Source: Terriglobia bacterium (GTDB lineage: Bacteria; Acidobacteriota; Terriglobia; 20CM-2-55-15). From it: a stretch of 64,000 bases of DNA. The position numbers were made by a program, and so were the translations under genes. Positions 19,740 to 29,124 of the stretch are shown here, piece by piece. The DNA lies in contig CBDCLE010000001.1 in NCBI GenBank assembly GCA_965218585.1, positions 160,001 to 224,000 of the forward strand, written 5' to 3'. Position 1 is the stretch's first letter, and each line of letters opens with the position of its first letter. The notes under the pieces are model-generated. The model was not told where the DNA came from. It worked only from the letters and a program-made list of their open reading frames with translations, and did no database searches.

Positions 19740-20672
19740 ATGGATAGAGTCAAACGACTCGGCTTTGTTGTCCCGGCGTTCCTGCTGGCGGCGATGCTGG
19801 TGAGCGCGCCCGCACTCGCCCAAACCGATCTGTCTGGTGAATGGAGAGTTGTGCGCAGCGAAGACAACTTCCACAATCCCTACAACGGAGATACTGGAGG
19901 CCTTCCAATGAACGAGTCTGCGTTCAGGAGAGCCGACACGTGGGATGCCTCGATCCAGTCCCTCCCCGAATGGCAGTGCAGGCCTCACTCTGGTGCGTAT
20001 ATCACGCGAGGTCCTTCAGCCCTTAAGATCTGGAAGGAAGTCGATCCCGTGTCGCGCGAAGCTATCGCGTTCCATACGGAATGGTTGCGGTCGATCGACA
20101 ATCCGATCTGGCTTGACGGTCGCGGACACCCTTCAGAACTGGCACCACACACATGGTCCGGTTACTCGACTGGCGAGTGGCAGGGCGACGTGTTGAAAGT
20201 GACGACAACGCACATCAAAGAAGATTACATCCGGCGTAACGGCCCACCTCAGGGCGACCGCGTGACGATGACCGAGTACTTGAGCCTCCGTTCGGTCGGA
20301 AACGAGGACTATCTGTCCTGGACCAAGGTCGTCTACGATCCGGACTATCTGACCGAGCCCCTGGTTCGAACAACCGAGTACATTCGGCGCCCGCACGACC
20401 AGGTGCCACCGTATCCCTGCACAATCGTGACCGAGGTAGACCGCCCCAAGGGATATGTGCCGAGTTGGTTCCCGGGTGAGAACCCGCATCTCGCGGAGCA
20501 CGAAGAACACATGGGCATACCTGCAGAAGCGAGCCGGCAGGGAGCAATCACGATGTATCCTGAGTTTCGCCAGATCATCAAAGAGAACGGTTGGGAGGCG
20601 CGCCGGTTCGAATCGAACACTCCGACGTTTGAGGAGCAGCAAAACCAGCCCGGTCCGCCGGTGCAACGTTAG
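19740..20672 (+). CDS. Secreted hypothetical protein (DUF6152-associated type), paralog of 22497-23300
   Basis: ATG 19740 after GGAGG. Signal peptide ending ALAQ, then DLSGEW, WQC, GYSTGEW, KVTTT, DPDYLTEP and YPC. Confidence 0.8.
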   Translation: MDRVKRLGFVVPAFLLAAMLVSAPALAQTDLSGEWRVVRSEDNFHNPYNGDTGGLPMNESAFRRADTWDASIQSLPEWQCRPHSGAYITRGPSALKIWKEVDPVSREAIAFHTEWLRSIDNPIWLDGRGHPSELAPHTWSGYSTGEWQGDVLKVTTTHIKEDYIRRNGPPQGDRVTMTEYLSLRSVGNEDYLSWTKVVYDPDYLTEPLVRTTEYIRRPHDQVPPYPCTIVTEVDRPKGYVPSWFPGENPHLAEHEEHMGIPAEASRQGAITMYPEFRQIIKENGWEARRFESNTPTFEEQQNQPGPPVQR

Positions 20673-20731
20673 TTTGCCCGTCTGCCGGCTTTCGGACACA
20701 ACTCTTGGCATACAGTAATTTGGAGTTATAG

Positions 20732-21856
20732 ATGAGGGAAATGGTATCGAAAACCTCGATGGGGCTGCGCGTCGCGCTTGTCGTCGCCGTTGTAGCTGGA
20801 CTGATGGGTGCCGGTATGGTGCCAATTGCACCAGCTCAGCAGGACGACGAAATAGAGACCGTCCACGTCCAGGGCAACATCTGGCTGTTCGGAGGCGCCG
20901 GCGGCAACGTGGTTGCTTCAGTCGGTGCGGATGGCGTCCTGTTAGTGGATGCTGGCCTTGAACAACGGGCGCCCGCATTGCTGGATGCGATTCAGGAACT
21001 TCAAGGGATGCTCAATTTCGGGAGTGCGCCGTCGCCCGCACGTTTCGGGGGAGCCGAGGCGTTGGCCTCGACACCGATCTATACACGGGCCCCGCCCAAA
21101 CCCATCCGATACATTTTCAATACCCATTACCATGGCGATCACACGGGTGGCAACCAGACTTTGGGTGCTTCCGGAATCACCTTTGCTGGTGGGAACGTGG
21201 CCGGTAGCATCAACGATGCGGATTTCGGTGCTGCCGTCTATGCCCACGAAAATACGCTGTTCCACATGATCGACATGGACGTTCCATTCCGCGGCCTGCC
21301 AACGGATACGTACTTTAAAGAATTCTATAAACTCAGTCATTTCTTCAACGGCGAGGGCGTTCGCTTAATTCATCAACCCAATGCCCATACCGATGGCGAC
21401 AGCTTGGTCCACTTTCCGCGATCTGACGTCATCGTTACGGGCGACATTTATGTGACGACGAGCTTTCCCATCATCGATGTGGACCAGGGAGGGCATGTCA
21501 ACGGTATCGTGGACTCGTTGAACTACATCCTCGACCTGGCCATCGCCTCCTTCAGGATGGAGGGGGGCACATTGATCGTCCCCGGCCATGGAAGAATCAG
21601 CGACTCGTCAGACGTTGGCTACTACCGAGATATGGTAACGATCCTTAGGGATGATATTCAGATCATGATCAGCCGGGGCATGTCGCTGGAAGAAATACAG
21701 GCAACGCGACCCACGCTGGGTTACGACGGCCGTTACGATGCGCCAGGAGGATTCTGGTCGGCTGAACAGTTTGTAGAGGCTGTATACCGGAGCCTGACCG
21801 AATCGCCGCAGCCCATCCCCTATCCGGGTCTGGCGCCCTACCTTGTAGGGTTCTGA
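20732..21856 (+). CDS. Secreted metallo-beta-lactamase-fold hydrolase (cyclase-like)
   Basis: Signal peptide. THYHGDHTGGN, AHTDGD, TGD and PGHG metal motifs. Confidence 0.88.
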   Translation: MREMVSKTSMGLRVALVVAVVAGLMGAGMVPIAPAQQDDEIETVHVQGNIWLFGGAGGNVVASVGADGVLLVDAGLEQRAPALLDAIQELQGMLNFGSAPSPARFGGAEALASTPIYTRAPPKPIRYIFNTHYHGDHTGGNQTLGASGITFAGGNVAGSINDADFGAAVYAHENTLFHMIDMDVPFRGLPTDTYFKEFYKLSHFFNGEGVRLIHQPNAHTDGDSLVHFPRSDVIVTGDIYVTTSFPIIDVDQGGHVNGIVDSLNYILDLAIASFRMEGGTLIVPGHGRISDSSDVGYYRDMVTILRDDIQIMISRGMSLEEIQATRPTLGYDGRYDAPGGFWSAEQFVEAVYRSLTESPQPIPYPGLAPYLVGF

Positions 21857-21968
21857 CAAGGATTTAGGAATGCTGTCAGTGTTTGGTGTATCCACGACTG
21901 ATTACACTCGGAAGAGAGCAATAACTTTTTACTTTTAAGATAAAGCGTTTTTTCTAGGAGGAAGCCAG

Positions 21969-22364
21969 ATGAAGTTCAAACTGATCGCTTTGATAGTCGC
22001 CGGAATGTTGGTGTCGGGCCTCACGGCGTATGCCCATCATTCTTTTACCGCGACGTATGACGAAGATGCTCAGGTCCAGATCGAAGGCCAGTTGGTGCAG
22101 TTCCTGTTCCGGAATCCTCATTCCTGGGTGCATGTTTTAGCTCCCGACGACAGCGGTGAGATGGTTCGCTACGGTGTCGAATGGGGTGGAGCCGGTCAGC
22201 TAGGAGGCCAGGGTGTGACCCGCGCCTCGCTCAGGCCTGGTGACCACGTCATCATCAGGGGTAACCCGGGACGCAACCCTGCCGATCACAGAATCCGGAT
22301 GCGGAGCCTTCTCCGTCCGGAAGACGGATTCGGCTGGGGATTCGAAGGCGAAGACTTCGATTAG
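21969..22364 (+). CDS. Exported DUF6152-like protein, copy 2
   Basis: Mature sequence identical to copy 1 except one E/D change. AGGAGG RBS. Confidence 0.82.
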   Translation: MKFKLIALIVAGMLVSGLTAYAHHSFTATYDEDAQVQIEGQLVQFLFRNPHSWVHVLAPDDSGEMVRYGVEWGGAGQLGGQGVTRASLRPGDHVIIRGNPGRNPADHRIRMRSLLRPEDGFGWGFEGEDFD

Positions 22365-22496
22365 ACTCTTGAGCGCGTAACCGTCCAGGAGTCCCCGGAC
22401 TAAGCGCGTTGTGATCGATCAGCCGTCAGCTACGTCTGAAGCTGGACGATGGGTTTCTACTCGACCGGGCGGCGGCGGATTGCCGGAGGAATAAGA

Positions 22497-23300
22497 ATGA
22501 ATCATAGAGTCCTGCCGAAGGGCGCTCTATTGGCGATCGCTATGACTGTGGTCGCTGGTGTAGCGTTTCTTGTGGCAGTGCCGGGCAGCTCCGCCCAAAG
22601 AGGACGGGGAGGCGGTCCGCCTCCGACTGCGCAAGAGGCCGCACCGATAGACCTTGAAGGATATTGGGTGGCCCTGGTAAACGAGGATTGGCGCCATCGC
22701 ATGTTTACAGCTCAGAGAGGCGATTATGCCCTGATGCGGTTGAACGCCGAAGGTCGTCGCGTGGCGGACGCCTGGAGTGAAGAGGCGCCGACCACCGGAG
22801 ATGATTGTCTAATGACCTATGGTGCTGCCGGCATCATGCGCTTGCCAGGCCGCCTGAACATCCATTGGGCCGATGACAACACGCTGCAACTCGACCTCGA
22901 TGCAGGAACTCAGAGCCGAGAATTTTTCTTTGGGGAGTCCGAAGCGCCGGGTGGCCAACCAACGCGGCAAGGCTACTCCGTAGCCGAGTGGGAGTCTACC
23001 GGGGGCTCGGGGCGTGGTGGCGTTTCCATGACTGACATTCCTCTCGGTGGACACCTGAAGGTTGTGACGACGAATATGACCTCCGGGTTTTACTTCAAGA
23101 ACGGAATTCCGTATAGTGCCGATGCCGTGATGACGGAGTTCTTTGTCCCCATCGTGGAGCCCGACGGGGGCGAGTACATCCTGGTACAGACTTTCGTTCA
23201 GGATCCGACTTATCTGACTCAGGCCTTTGTACGGACACTGACGTTCAAGAGAGAGTCTGACGGTCGCAACTGGAACGCGACACCTTGTAGTGAGTATTGA
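22497..23300 (+). CDS. Secreted hypothetical protein (DUF6152-associated type)
   Basis: ATG 22497 after GGAGGA. Signal peptide, then DLEGYW, DDC, GYSVAEW, KVVTT, DPTYLT and TPC. Confidence 0.8.
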   Translation: MNHRVLPKGALLAIAMTVVAGVAFLVAVPGSSAQRGRGGGPPPTAQEAAPIDLEGYWVALVNEDWRHRMFTAQRGDYALMRLNAEGRRVADAWSEEAPTTGDDCLMTYGAAGIMRLPGRLNIHWADDNTLQLDLDAGTQSREFFFGESEAPGGQPTRQGYSVAEWESTGGSGRGGVSMTDIPLGGHLKVVTTNMTSGFYFKNGIPYSADAVMTEFFVPIVEPDGGEYILVQTFVQDPTYLTQAFVRTLTFKRESDGRNWNATPCSEY

Positions 23301-23465
23301 GGCGCTATCGAGCGACACAGACGGAAACTTGAGGGTTTCCGTCCGACTTTCCTCGAGCCGTAGAGGAGTTTTATTATAGGTAAACGCACCTTTGTGCGCT
23401 GCTCTCCTTGCGCTTCCAACCGAAACCAAGCAACTGTGAACTCAGCACAAGTGGAAGAATTAAAT

Positions 23466-23960
23466 ATGGATTTTCTGCTCTTTCTTGAAACAACGTCTAT
23501 CGGAACCTGGGTGCGCGAGTCGCCCTCCTTATTAGCCTGGCCTACCGTCCTTTTCTGTCATTCCATCGGTCTCGCTACGCTTGTCGGTGTAAATGCCGCG
23601 GTCGACCTGCGTGTCCTTGGCTTCGCATCCAGCATCCCCCTGAAGCCACTTGGGAAAATGGTCCCGCTGATGTGGGCCGGATTCGGTTTAAACCTTATAT
23701 CCGGTCTGATGCTCGTCCTGGCCAGCGCGACGACGCTGATGCTGAACCCGACTTTCTACGTGAAGATGGTGTTCGTGATCATTGCCGTCGTCACGCTTCG
23801 GCTGCTCGACAAGCGTGTGTTTACCGACGACGTCGACGACCAGAATCTGACGACTCAAAGCAAGGTCCTTGCGGGAGTTTCACTTTTCTGTTGGATGGGA
23901 GCCCTTACAGCAGGCCGCCTGATTGCCTACCTGGGACCGGAAGCCGGCCTGGGTTTCTAG
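23466..23960 (+). CDS. DUF6644-like 4-TM membrane protein
   Basis: LETTSIGTWVRES, CHSIGLA, DLRVLG, SGLML, NPTFYVKM and SLFCW...GRLIAY pattern. Four hydrophobic segments. Confidence 0.75.
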   Translation: MDFLLFLETTSIGTWVRESPSLLAWPTVLFCHSIGLATLVGVNAAVDLRVLGFASSIPLKPLGKMVPLMWAGFGLNLISGLMLVLASATTLMLNPTFYVKMVFVIIAVVTLRLLDKRVFTDDVDDQNLTTQSKVLAGVSLFCWMGALTAGRLIAYLGPEAGLGF

Positions 23961-24079
23961 AAATCGGACAGGGTCCAGGAACGATCGGACAGTTCCCTCA
24001 TCCGACGAGCCATCGGCGTCCTCGTTTCATCCTCTGATGGAACGGCGGCGCCGATTCTCTCTTAGATAGCTTTCATTCA

Positions 24080-25084
24080 ATGTCTGTTCGTATTGCCGCT
24101 ATAGGCGTGAACCATTGGCACTCTCTCTTCGACCTTGCGTATCTGCCGCAGTTCATGAAGATGGCCGGGGTGGATATCGTCGGCATCCACGATGAGGATC
24201 CTGACATAGCGGCCCATCGGGTCGCCGAATTAGGTGGTGGGATACCCGTGTTCACCGTCTATCGGAATATGCTGTCCGAGTCGCGTCCCACGCTGGTTCT
24301 CGTCCTGGACAGGCACGATCGCATGGGGGCTATTGCAGGAGACCTCCTCGATCGGGAGATCCCGTTCATCATCGAAAAACCCGCGAGTTTCAATGCAACG
24401 GAATTGGAGGGTCTGGTTCAGCGATCCGATGCGAAGGACACGTTCGCGGCCGTACCGTTCCTGCTCCGCTATTCTCCTTTTATCCAACACGCGCGGAAAC
24501 TGCTGGACGATGGATCTCTGGGTCCAATGCGCCACTTTTATTCACGGCTGAACCGGCCGACGTCGGCCCGTTACGAACCTTGGGGGTCTGCATGGATGTT
24601 GGACCCGAAATCTTCTAATGGTGGATGCCTTCGCAATCTGGGTAGTCACGGACTGGATTGTTTCGTGTACTTGACAGGAGAGGGCGAAGATATCGAAGTG
24701 ACGGGAGCGCAGCTCAGCTGGAGCACCCATCAGCAGGCAGTCGAGGACTATGCCACGGTGATGCTGCGGTCCGGGAGCGGGGTACTGGGCACGATTGAAG
24801 TCGGCAATGTATTTCCTGCCGACGGGCGTGATGCAGAAATGAAGATAGACTTTCAGGACGGCATTTTGAAACTGGAGCGTGGAGCGTTGAAACTGTACAC
24901 GGCAAATGGAGAGCAAACTCTGCCTGCATTTGATGTGCAGCCCTCAGTGCTTGAACGGATAGTCGGAGCTCTAGTTAAGGGGGACAAGCCTCCCGTAGGG
25001 CTTCGCGACTGTTATCTTGCCGTCCGCCTCATAGATCAAGCGTATCTGGCCGCGGGCAATCCGTACGGAACCGCGTCTGTCTAG
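24080..25084 (+). CDS. Gfo/Idh/MocA family oxidoreductase
   Basis: N-terminal Rossmann fold, IEKP, and GGCLRNLGSHGLD. Confidence 0.88.
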   Translation: MSVRIAAIGVNHWHSLFDLAYLPQFMKMAGVDIVGIHDEDPDIAAHRVAELGGGIPVFTVYRNMLSESRPTLVLVLDRHDRMGAIAGDLLDREIPFIIEKPASFNATELEGLVQRSDAKDTFAAVPFLLRYSPFIQHARKLLDDGSLGPMRHFYSRLNRPTSARYEPWGSAWMLDPKSSNGGCLRNLGSHGLDCFVYLTGEGEDIEVTGAQLSWSTHQQAVEDYATVMLRSGSGVLGTIEVGNVFPADGRDAEMKIDFQDGILKLERGALKLYTANGEQTLPAFDVQPSVLERIVGALVKGDKPPVGLRDCYLAVRLIDQAYLAAGNPYGTASV

Positions 25085-25117
25085 TGAACGCTACTTTCAT
25101 AGGTCTTGGTAAAGCGA

Positions 25118-25420
25118 ATGATCAAACACATCGTCATGTGGAAACTCAAAGAGAACGCGAACGGGCGAAGTAAAGACGAGAACGCAATAGCCATAAAGGA
25201 AAAGCTGGAAGGCCTGGTCGGTGTCGTGCCGGGTCTCTTGAAGGCCGAGGTTGGCATCGATTTCCGAGGAGCGGGAGAGTCTGCCGATGCCGGTCTCTAT
25301 TCTGAGTTCGAATCGCGCGAGGCGTTCGAAGCCTTTCTGACTCATCCTGCCCACAAAGAGGTCCAACCGTTCGTTAAGGAAGCCAGGAGCGAGCGGCTGA
25401 TGCTGGACTACGAGGTGTAG
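25118..25420 (+). CDS. Dabb family (stress-responsive alpha/beta barrel) protein
   Basis: MIKHIVMWKLK...FLTHPAH...LDYE. Confidence 0.88.
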   Translation: MIKHIVMWKLKENANGRSKDENAIAIKEKLEGLVGVVPGLLKAEVGIDFRGAGESADAGLYSEFESREAFEAFLTHPAHKEVQPFVKEARSERLMLDYEV

Positions 25421-26226
25421 CGTTCTGCGATCACACTCCTGTTGCTGTGTTCGAACACGTTGAGGTTTCCTCGATCAACTTCAGCAAGAAGGTCTGCATC
25501 GTCCAGCGAAGGGACGCAGATCACCTCTCCTAAAGCCAGTCCCGCCAGGGAGGCCCCGACAACGTCGTCCGGGTCCATCATCTCGGCTGCGGGAAGAGAC
25601 ATCGGATCCACGCCCATTGTCTCGAAGAATTCTGTTCGCGTAAGGCCCGGGCAGAGTGCCTGTACACGGACGCCTGTTCCCTCAAGCTCGGACTGCAGGA
25701 TCTGCGAGAACGTGTTGACGTACGCTTTCGTTGCTGCGTACACCACGCGGGGAGGCATCGGTGGAGATCCCATTGCAGCGCTCATCGCAAGGCGCGAAGA
25801 CACGTTTATCACTCCACCCTTGCCCCGACGGACCATTCCTCCCAGGGCGGCTCGTGTCAGACGCGTTACTGCTGTGACCTGAACTGTGATCAATCGTTCA
25901 GCCTCGTCTGCCGCCATTTCTACGAAAGGCCGGAAACCTCCGAAACCCGCACTGTTCACAAGCAGTGTTAACGGGGAGTCGTTTGTGATGCGTTCTTCGA
26001 GGCTACCGACCTGCTTCAGATCCGAGAGATCGGCTACAACGACCTGGACCCGAACGCGATGGGTATCCTCGAGTCGTCTTGAGAGTTCTTCGAGGCGATC
26101 GGCCCGGCGCGCGACGATGATCAGGTCATGCCGGTCCCGAGCCAGGCGTTCGGCGAAGGCGCGACCCAGGCCCGAGGAAGCACCTGTGACCAGGGCCCGG
26201 GGACGATCGGGAGCTTGGATTGTCAC
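25408..26226 (-). CDS. Short-chain dehydrogenase/reductase
   Basis: TGASSGLG, NSAGFG, YAATK and CPGLTRTEF. GTG start 4 nt after the tannase stop. Confidence 0.88.
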   Translation of the reverse strand: MTIQAPDRPRALVTGASSGLGRAFAERLARDRHDLIIVARRADRLEELSRRLEDTHRVRVQVVVADLSDLKQVGSLEERITNDSPLTLLVNSAGFGGFRPFVEMAADEAERLITVQVTAVTRLTRAALGGMVRRGKGGVINVSSRLAMSAAMGSPPMPPRVVYAATKAYVNTFSQILQSELEGTGVRVQALCPGLTRTEFFETMGVDPMSLPAAEMMDPDDVVGASLAGLALGEVICVPSLDDADLLAEVDRGNLNVFEHSNRSVIAERYTS

Positions 26227-26230
26227 CCTT

Positions 26231-27889
26231 CTAACGGCACTCGAAGTTGCCTTCCACCCAGTTTGCAGGATCGTCCTGTCCTCCGCCGGGCCCGACGTAG
26301 GCGGCCATTTCGGGATAGGCACAGATCTTTCGCTGGTTGTCGACCACACCGCCAGTGAGATGTTCTCCGACGATGAAGTCCGGCGCGTTCTGGTTTTCAA
26401 CCCAATCCACGAGTGGAGCCAGGCGGTCAAAAGAGTCCAGCCCCGGACCGCCGCCACAATGACCCATACCCGGCACCATGAACATGCGGGCCTTGTCGCG
26501 GGCTGCGTCGAGATCGCCGTCAAACGTCGTCGTAACCATTGACCGATAGTAGTCCAGCGTGGGTTGCAGCTGGACCTCGGAATCGCCCCATCCGTGCAGC
26601 ATCAGAAGCTTTCCGTCTTCGCGGTTGAGAAACCGCGTGAGGTCGGCATCTTTTGCGTCGGTGATCGACATCATGAAGTCGGCCCTGCCTGCGGTAAGAT
26701 CATCGATGTCGAACTCCCACCAGGCGAACTCGGGAGGCGTGGCGCTTTTGTCGGGGATTTGCGTGATGTCGTTCCGGATGGGCATTGGTACACCTGGAGA
26801 TTCTTCGTAGAAGAGGTAGTTGACATGATCCAGGCCATAGATCAGCCGGAATGGCGTCATGTTGTTGCCTTCGTTCGCGTACACGTTCCGTGCCCAGCCA
26901 TACTCGGAACCGAATTCGAGCCCCTTCATTAACTGAACGCCGCTGCTGTCCTGTGGGCCGCGGTAAAAATCCTGGATCAGCTTGAGCTGCGGTCCGGTAA
27001 AGCAATCGTCTGCATCGACTCCGGCCGGACACATCCATTCGGACAGGTCGCGTTCCGGGTCGAAATTGCAGCTCAGCGGGTCTGAGAGGAGGCCGTCGGT
27101 GATGCCGTCGAGAGCGTCGCACTGATCGATGACCGCGTCTCTCAGGATGTCGATCTTGGTCACGCTTTCGGGTACGCCGTTACCGTCTCGGTCAAAAGCC
27201 AGATTCGCTGCGAAGTCGTCCCGGAACACCTGCTGCGCCATCCATACGTGGCTTGCGTTCAGTGTCTGGTAGTCGTAGACGGGTGCCTCGGCGACGATCC
27301 CGTCAAAATCGGCCGGGTAACGCTGGGCCTCCATGAGTCCCTCGCGTCCTCCTGTAGAGCAACCTTCGAAATAGGAATATTCAGGCGCCCGGTTGTAATA
27401 GCTCCGGACGGCAGCCTTCGATGCGTTGGCGGTGAGGTGAATAGCCCTGTAGCCGAAATCGATGACAGAGGCGAGACCGTCGCTTCCGAACGAGGCGCCC
27501 GGATATGTGCCGGCGTCGTGGCCCATGTTGGAGTTTGCTACAGCGTAGCCCTCGGCCAATCGATGATCAGCCAGGTCTAGATCTCCATCCTTGCCGCCGT
27601 CTCCGACATTGAGAAGCCGTCCGTTCCAGTCAGCGGCCAGGGGCAGCTGCATGTGGTAGCGAATCCGGCCGGATATGGTTCCCTGAATGTAGCAATATGC
27701 CGGAGTTGATCCGGAGGCTGGCATGATCACAGCCTGCGTAATCGATAGAGTGGGCGTCCGAAGCATGGCTTCACATGCTGTGGCGTCATTGGAAGTCGCG
27801 GAAGTGGCCTGCCGGGCCTCCACTGGAGTTACCATGATCGTCAGCGCAGTCAGCGTCGCTACCGACAGGATCGCCAAGTGCTTCAACAT
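26231..27889 (-). CDS. Secreted tannase/feruloyl esterase family hydrolase
   Basis: ATG 27889 after GGAGGA. Signal peptide, GCSTGG nucleophile elbow, HGWGD and PGMGHCGGG (CS-D-HC motif). Confidence 0.9.
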   Translation of the reverse strand: MLKHLAILSVATLTALTIMVTPVEARQATSATSNDATACEAMLRTPTLSITQAVIMPASGSTPAYCYIQGTISGRIRYHMQLPLAADWNGRLLNVGDGGKDGDLDLADHRLAEGYAVANSNMGHDAGTYPGASFGSDGLASVIDFGYRAIHLTANASKAAVRSYYNRAPEYSYFEGCSTGGREGLMEAQRYPADFDGIVAEAPVYDYQTLNASHVWMAQQVFRDDFAANLAFDRDGNGVPESVTKIDILRDAVIDQCDALDGITDGLLSDPLSCNFDPERDLSEWMCPAGVDADDCFTGPQLKLIQDFYRGPQDSSGVQLMKGLEFGSEYGWARNVYANEGNNMTPFRLIYGLDHVNYLFYEESPGVPMPIRNDITQIPDKSATPPEFAWWEFDIDDLTAGRADFMMSITDAKDADLTRFLNREDGKLLMLHGWGDSEVQLQPTLDYYRSMVTTTFDGDLDAARDKARMFMVPGMGHCGGGPGLDSFDRLAPLVDWVENQNAPDFIVGEHLTGGVVDNQRKICAYPEMAAYVGPGGGQDDPANWVEGNFECR

Positions 27890-28066
27890 TTCAAATATCC
27901 TCCTGTTGCTCGTCTGCTCTTCGCTTACCGTTTCAGCCTGTTGATACGGAAAGATATAACCTTTTCCTGCCCGAGTCCAGAGACGGAAGTTGAACTGGGT
28001 GTGTAATATACTGCGGGAGTTGGGACCGAGCTTACAAGACAGCAATCGAGCCGATGGGAGACTGAT

Positions 28067-29044
28067 ATGGACGGAAAGATAGGACTGGAAGAGCACTTTG
28101 CAGTCGAAGAGACCTTGAACGACTCCAAGCAGTTCATGCCCGCAGATTTTTGGAACGAATTGCGGGGACGTCTTCTGGACCTTCATGAGAAACGTATCGG
28201 GTTGATGGATAAGCACGGTATCCAGATGCTGATCCTGTCGCTGAATGCTCCCACGATCCAGGCCATCCCAAACGTGGCGCGAGCGATCGAAGTCTCACGG
28301 ATCGCTAACGATTTCTTGGCTGAACAGGTTGCGAAAAGACCGGATCGATTTCAGGGGTTTGCTGCCCTTCCGATGCAGGACCCGGATGCCGCAATCGAAG
28401 AACTGAACCGCTGTATTAAGGAACTTGGTTTCAAGGGTGCTCTGGTGAACGGCTTTTCCCAAGTTAACGAAGAGGATTCGGCCCTCTACCTGGACCTGGA
28501 GCGCTACTGGCCTTTCTGGGAAGCCGTGGAGAGTCTGGATGTCCCTTTCTATCTGCATCCCCGGGACCCGATCCCCAGCCGCCAACAGGTGTATGAAGGC
28601 CACCCCTGGTTTCTGGGGCCTTCCTGGTCCTTTGGTGCCGAAACGGCGATCCACGCATTGCGTCTTATGGCCAGTGGGATATTCGACAAGCATCCGCGCC
28701 TGAACATCATTCTGGGACATCTGGGGGAGGGTCTGCCCTACAGCATCTGGCGTGTGGACCATAGGATTAAGAAGTCTCCCCAGGGCATTCCGGCAAAGAA
28801 GCCTCTTGGCGATTATTTCCGGACCAATTTTCATATCACGACGGCCGGCAATTTCAGGACGCAAACGCTGATCGACGCCCTGCTCGAAGTCGGCTCCGAC
28901 CACCTGCTGTTTTCGACCGACTACCCCTTTGAAGAAATAGGCGATGCTGCCGATTGGTTCGACGTGGCCAGCATCAGTGAATCCGACAGGGTCAAGATCG
29001 GGCGTACGAACGCGATCAAACTGTTCGGGCTCAGGGACGTCTGA
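28067..29044 (+). CDS. graF: Gamma-resorcylate (2,6-dihydroxybenzoate) decarboxylase-like amidohydrolase
   Basis: GKIGLEEHF, LSLNAP, GALVNGFSQ, YLHPR, ETAIHALRLMASG, GHLGEGLP, GNFRTQTLID and FSTDYPFE. Closely follows the Rhizobium enzyme as recalled. Confidence 0.85.
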   Translation: MDGKIGLEEHFAVEETLNDSKQFMPADFWNELRGRLLDLHEKRIGLMDKHGIQMLILSLNAPTIQAIPNVARAIEVSRIANDFLAEQVAKRPDRFQGFAALPMQDPDAAIEELNRCIKELGFKGALVNGFSQVNEEDSALYLDLERYWPFWEAVESLDVPFYLHPRDPIPSRQQVYEGHPWFLGPSWSFGAETAIHALRLMASGIFDKHPRLNIILGHLGEGLPYSIWRVDHRIKKSPQGIPAKKPLGDYFRTNFHITTAGNFRTQTLIDALLEVGSDHLLFSTDYPFEEIGDAADWFDVASISESDRVKIGRTNAIKLFGLRDV

Positions 29045-29124
29045 GGAAGATCGAGTGTTCAGGTGCGGAGAGGACACGAAGTGCTTGAGCGTCAGACCCG
29101 AATCTGTATATTGTTAGTCGAATT

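Noticed and set aside
23961-24079. Structured intergenic region with an ATCGGACAG direct repeat
   Set aside because: Only a 9-bp repeat and a weak stem. No family recognised.
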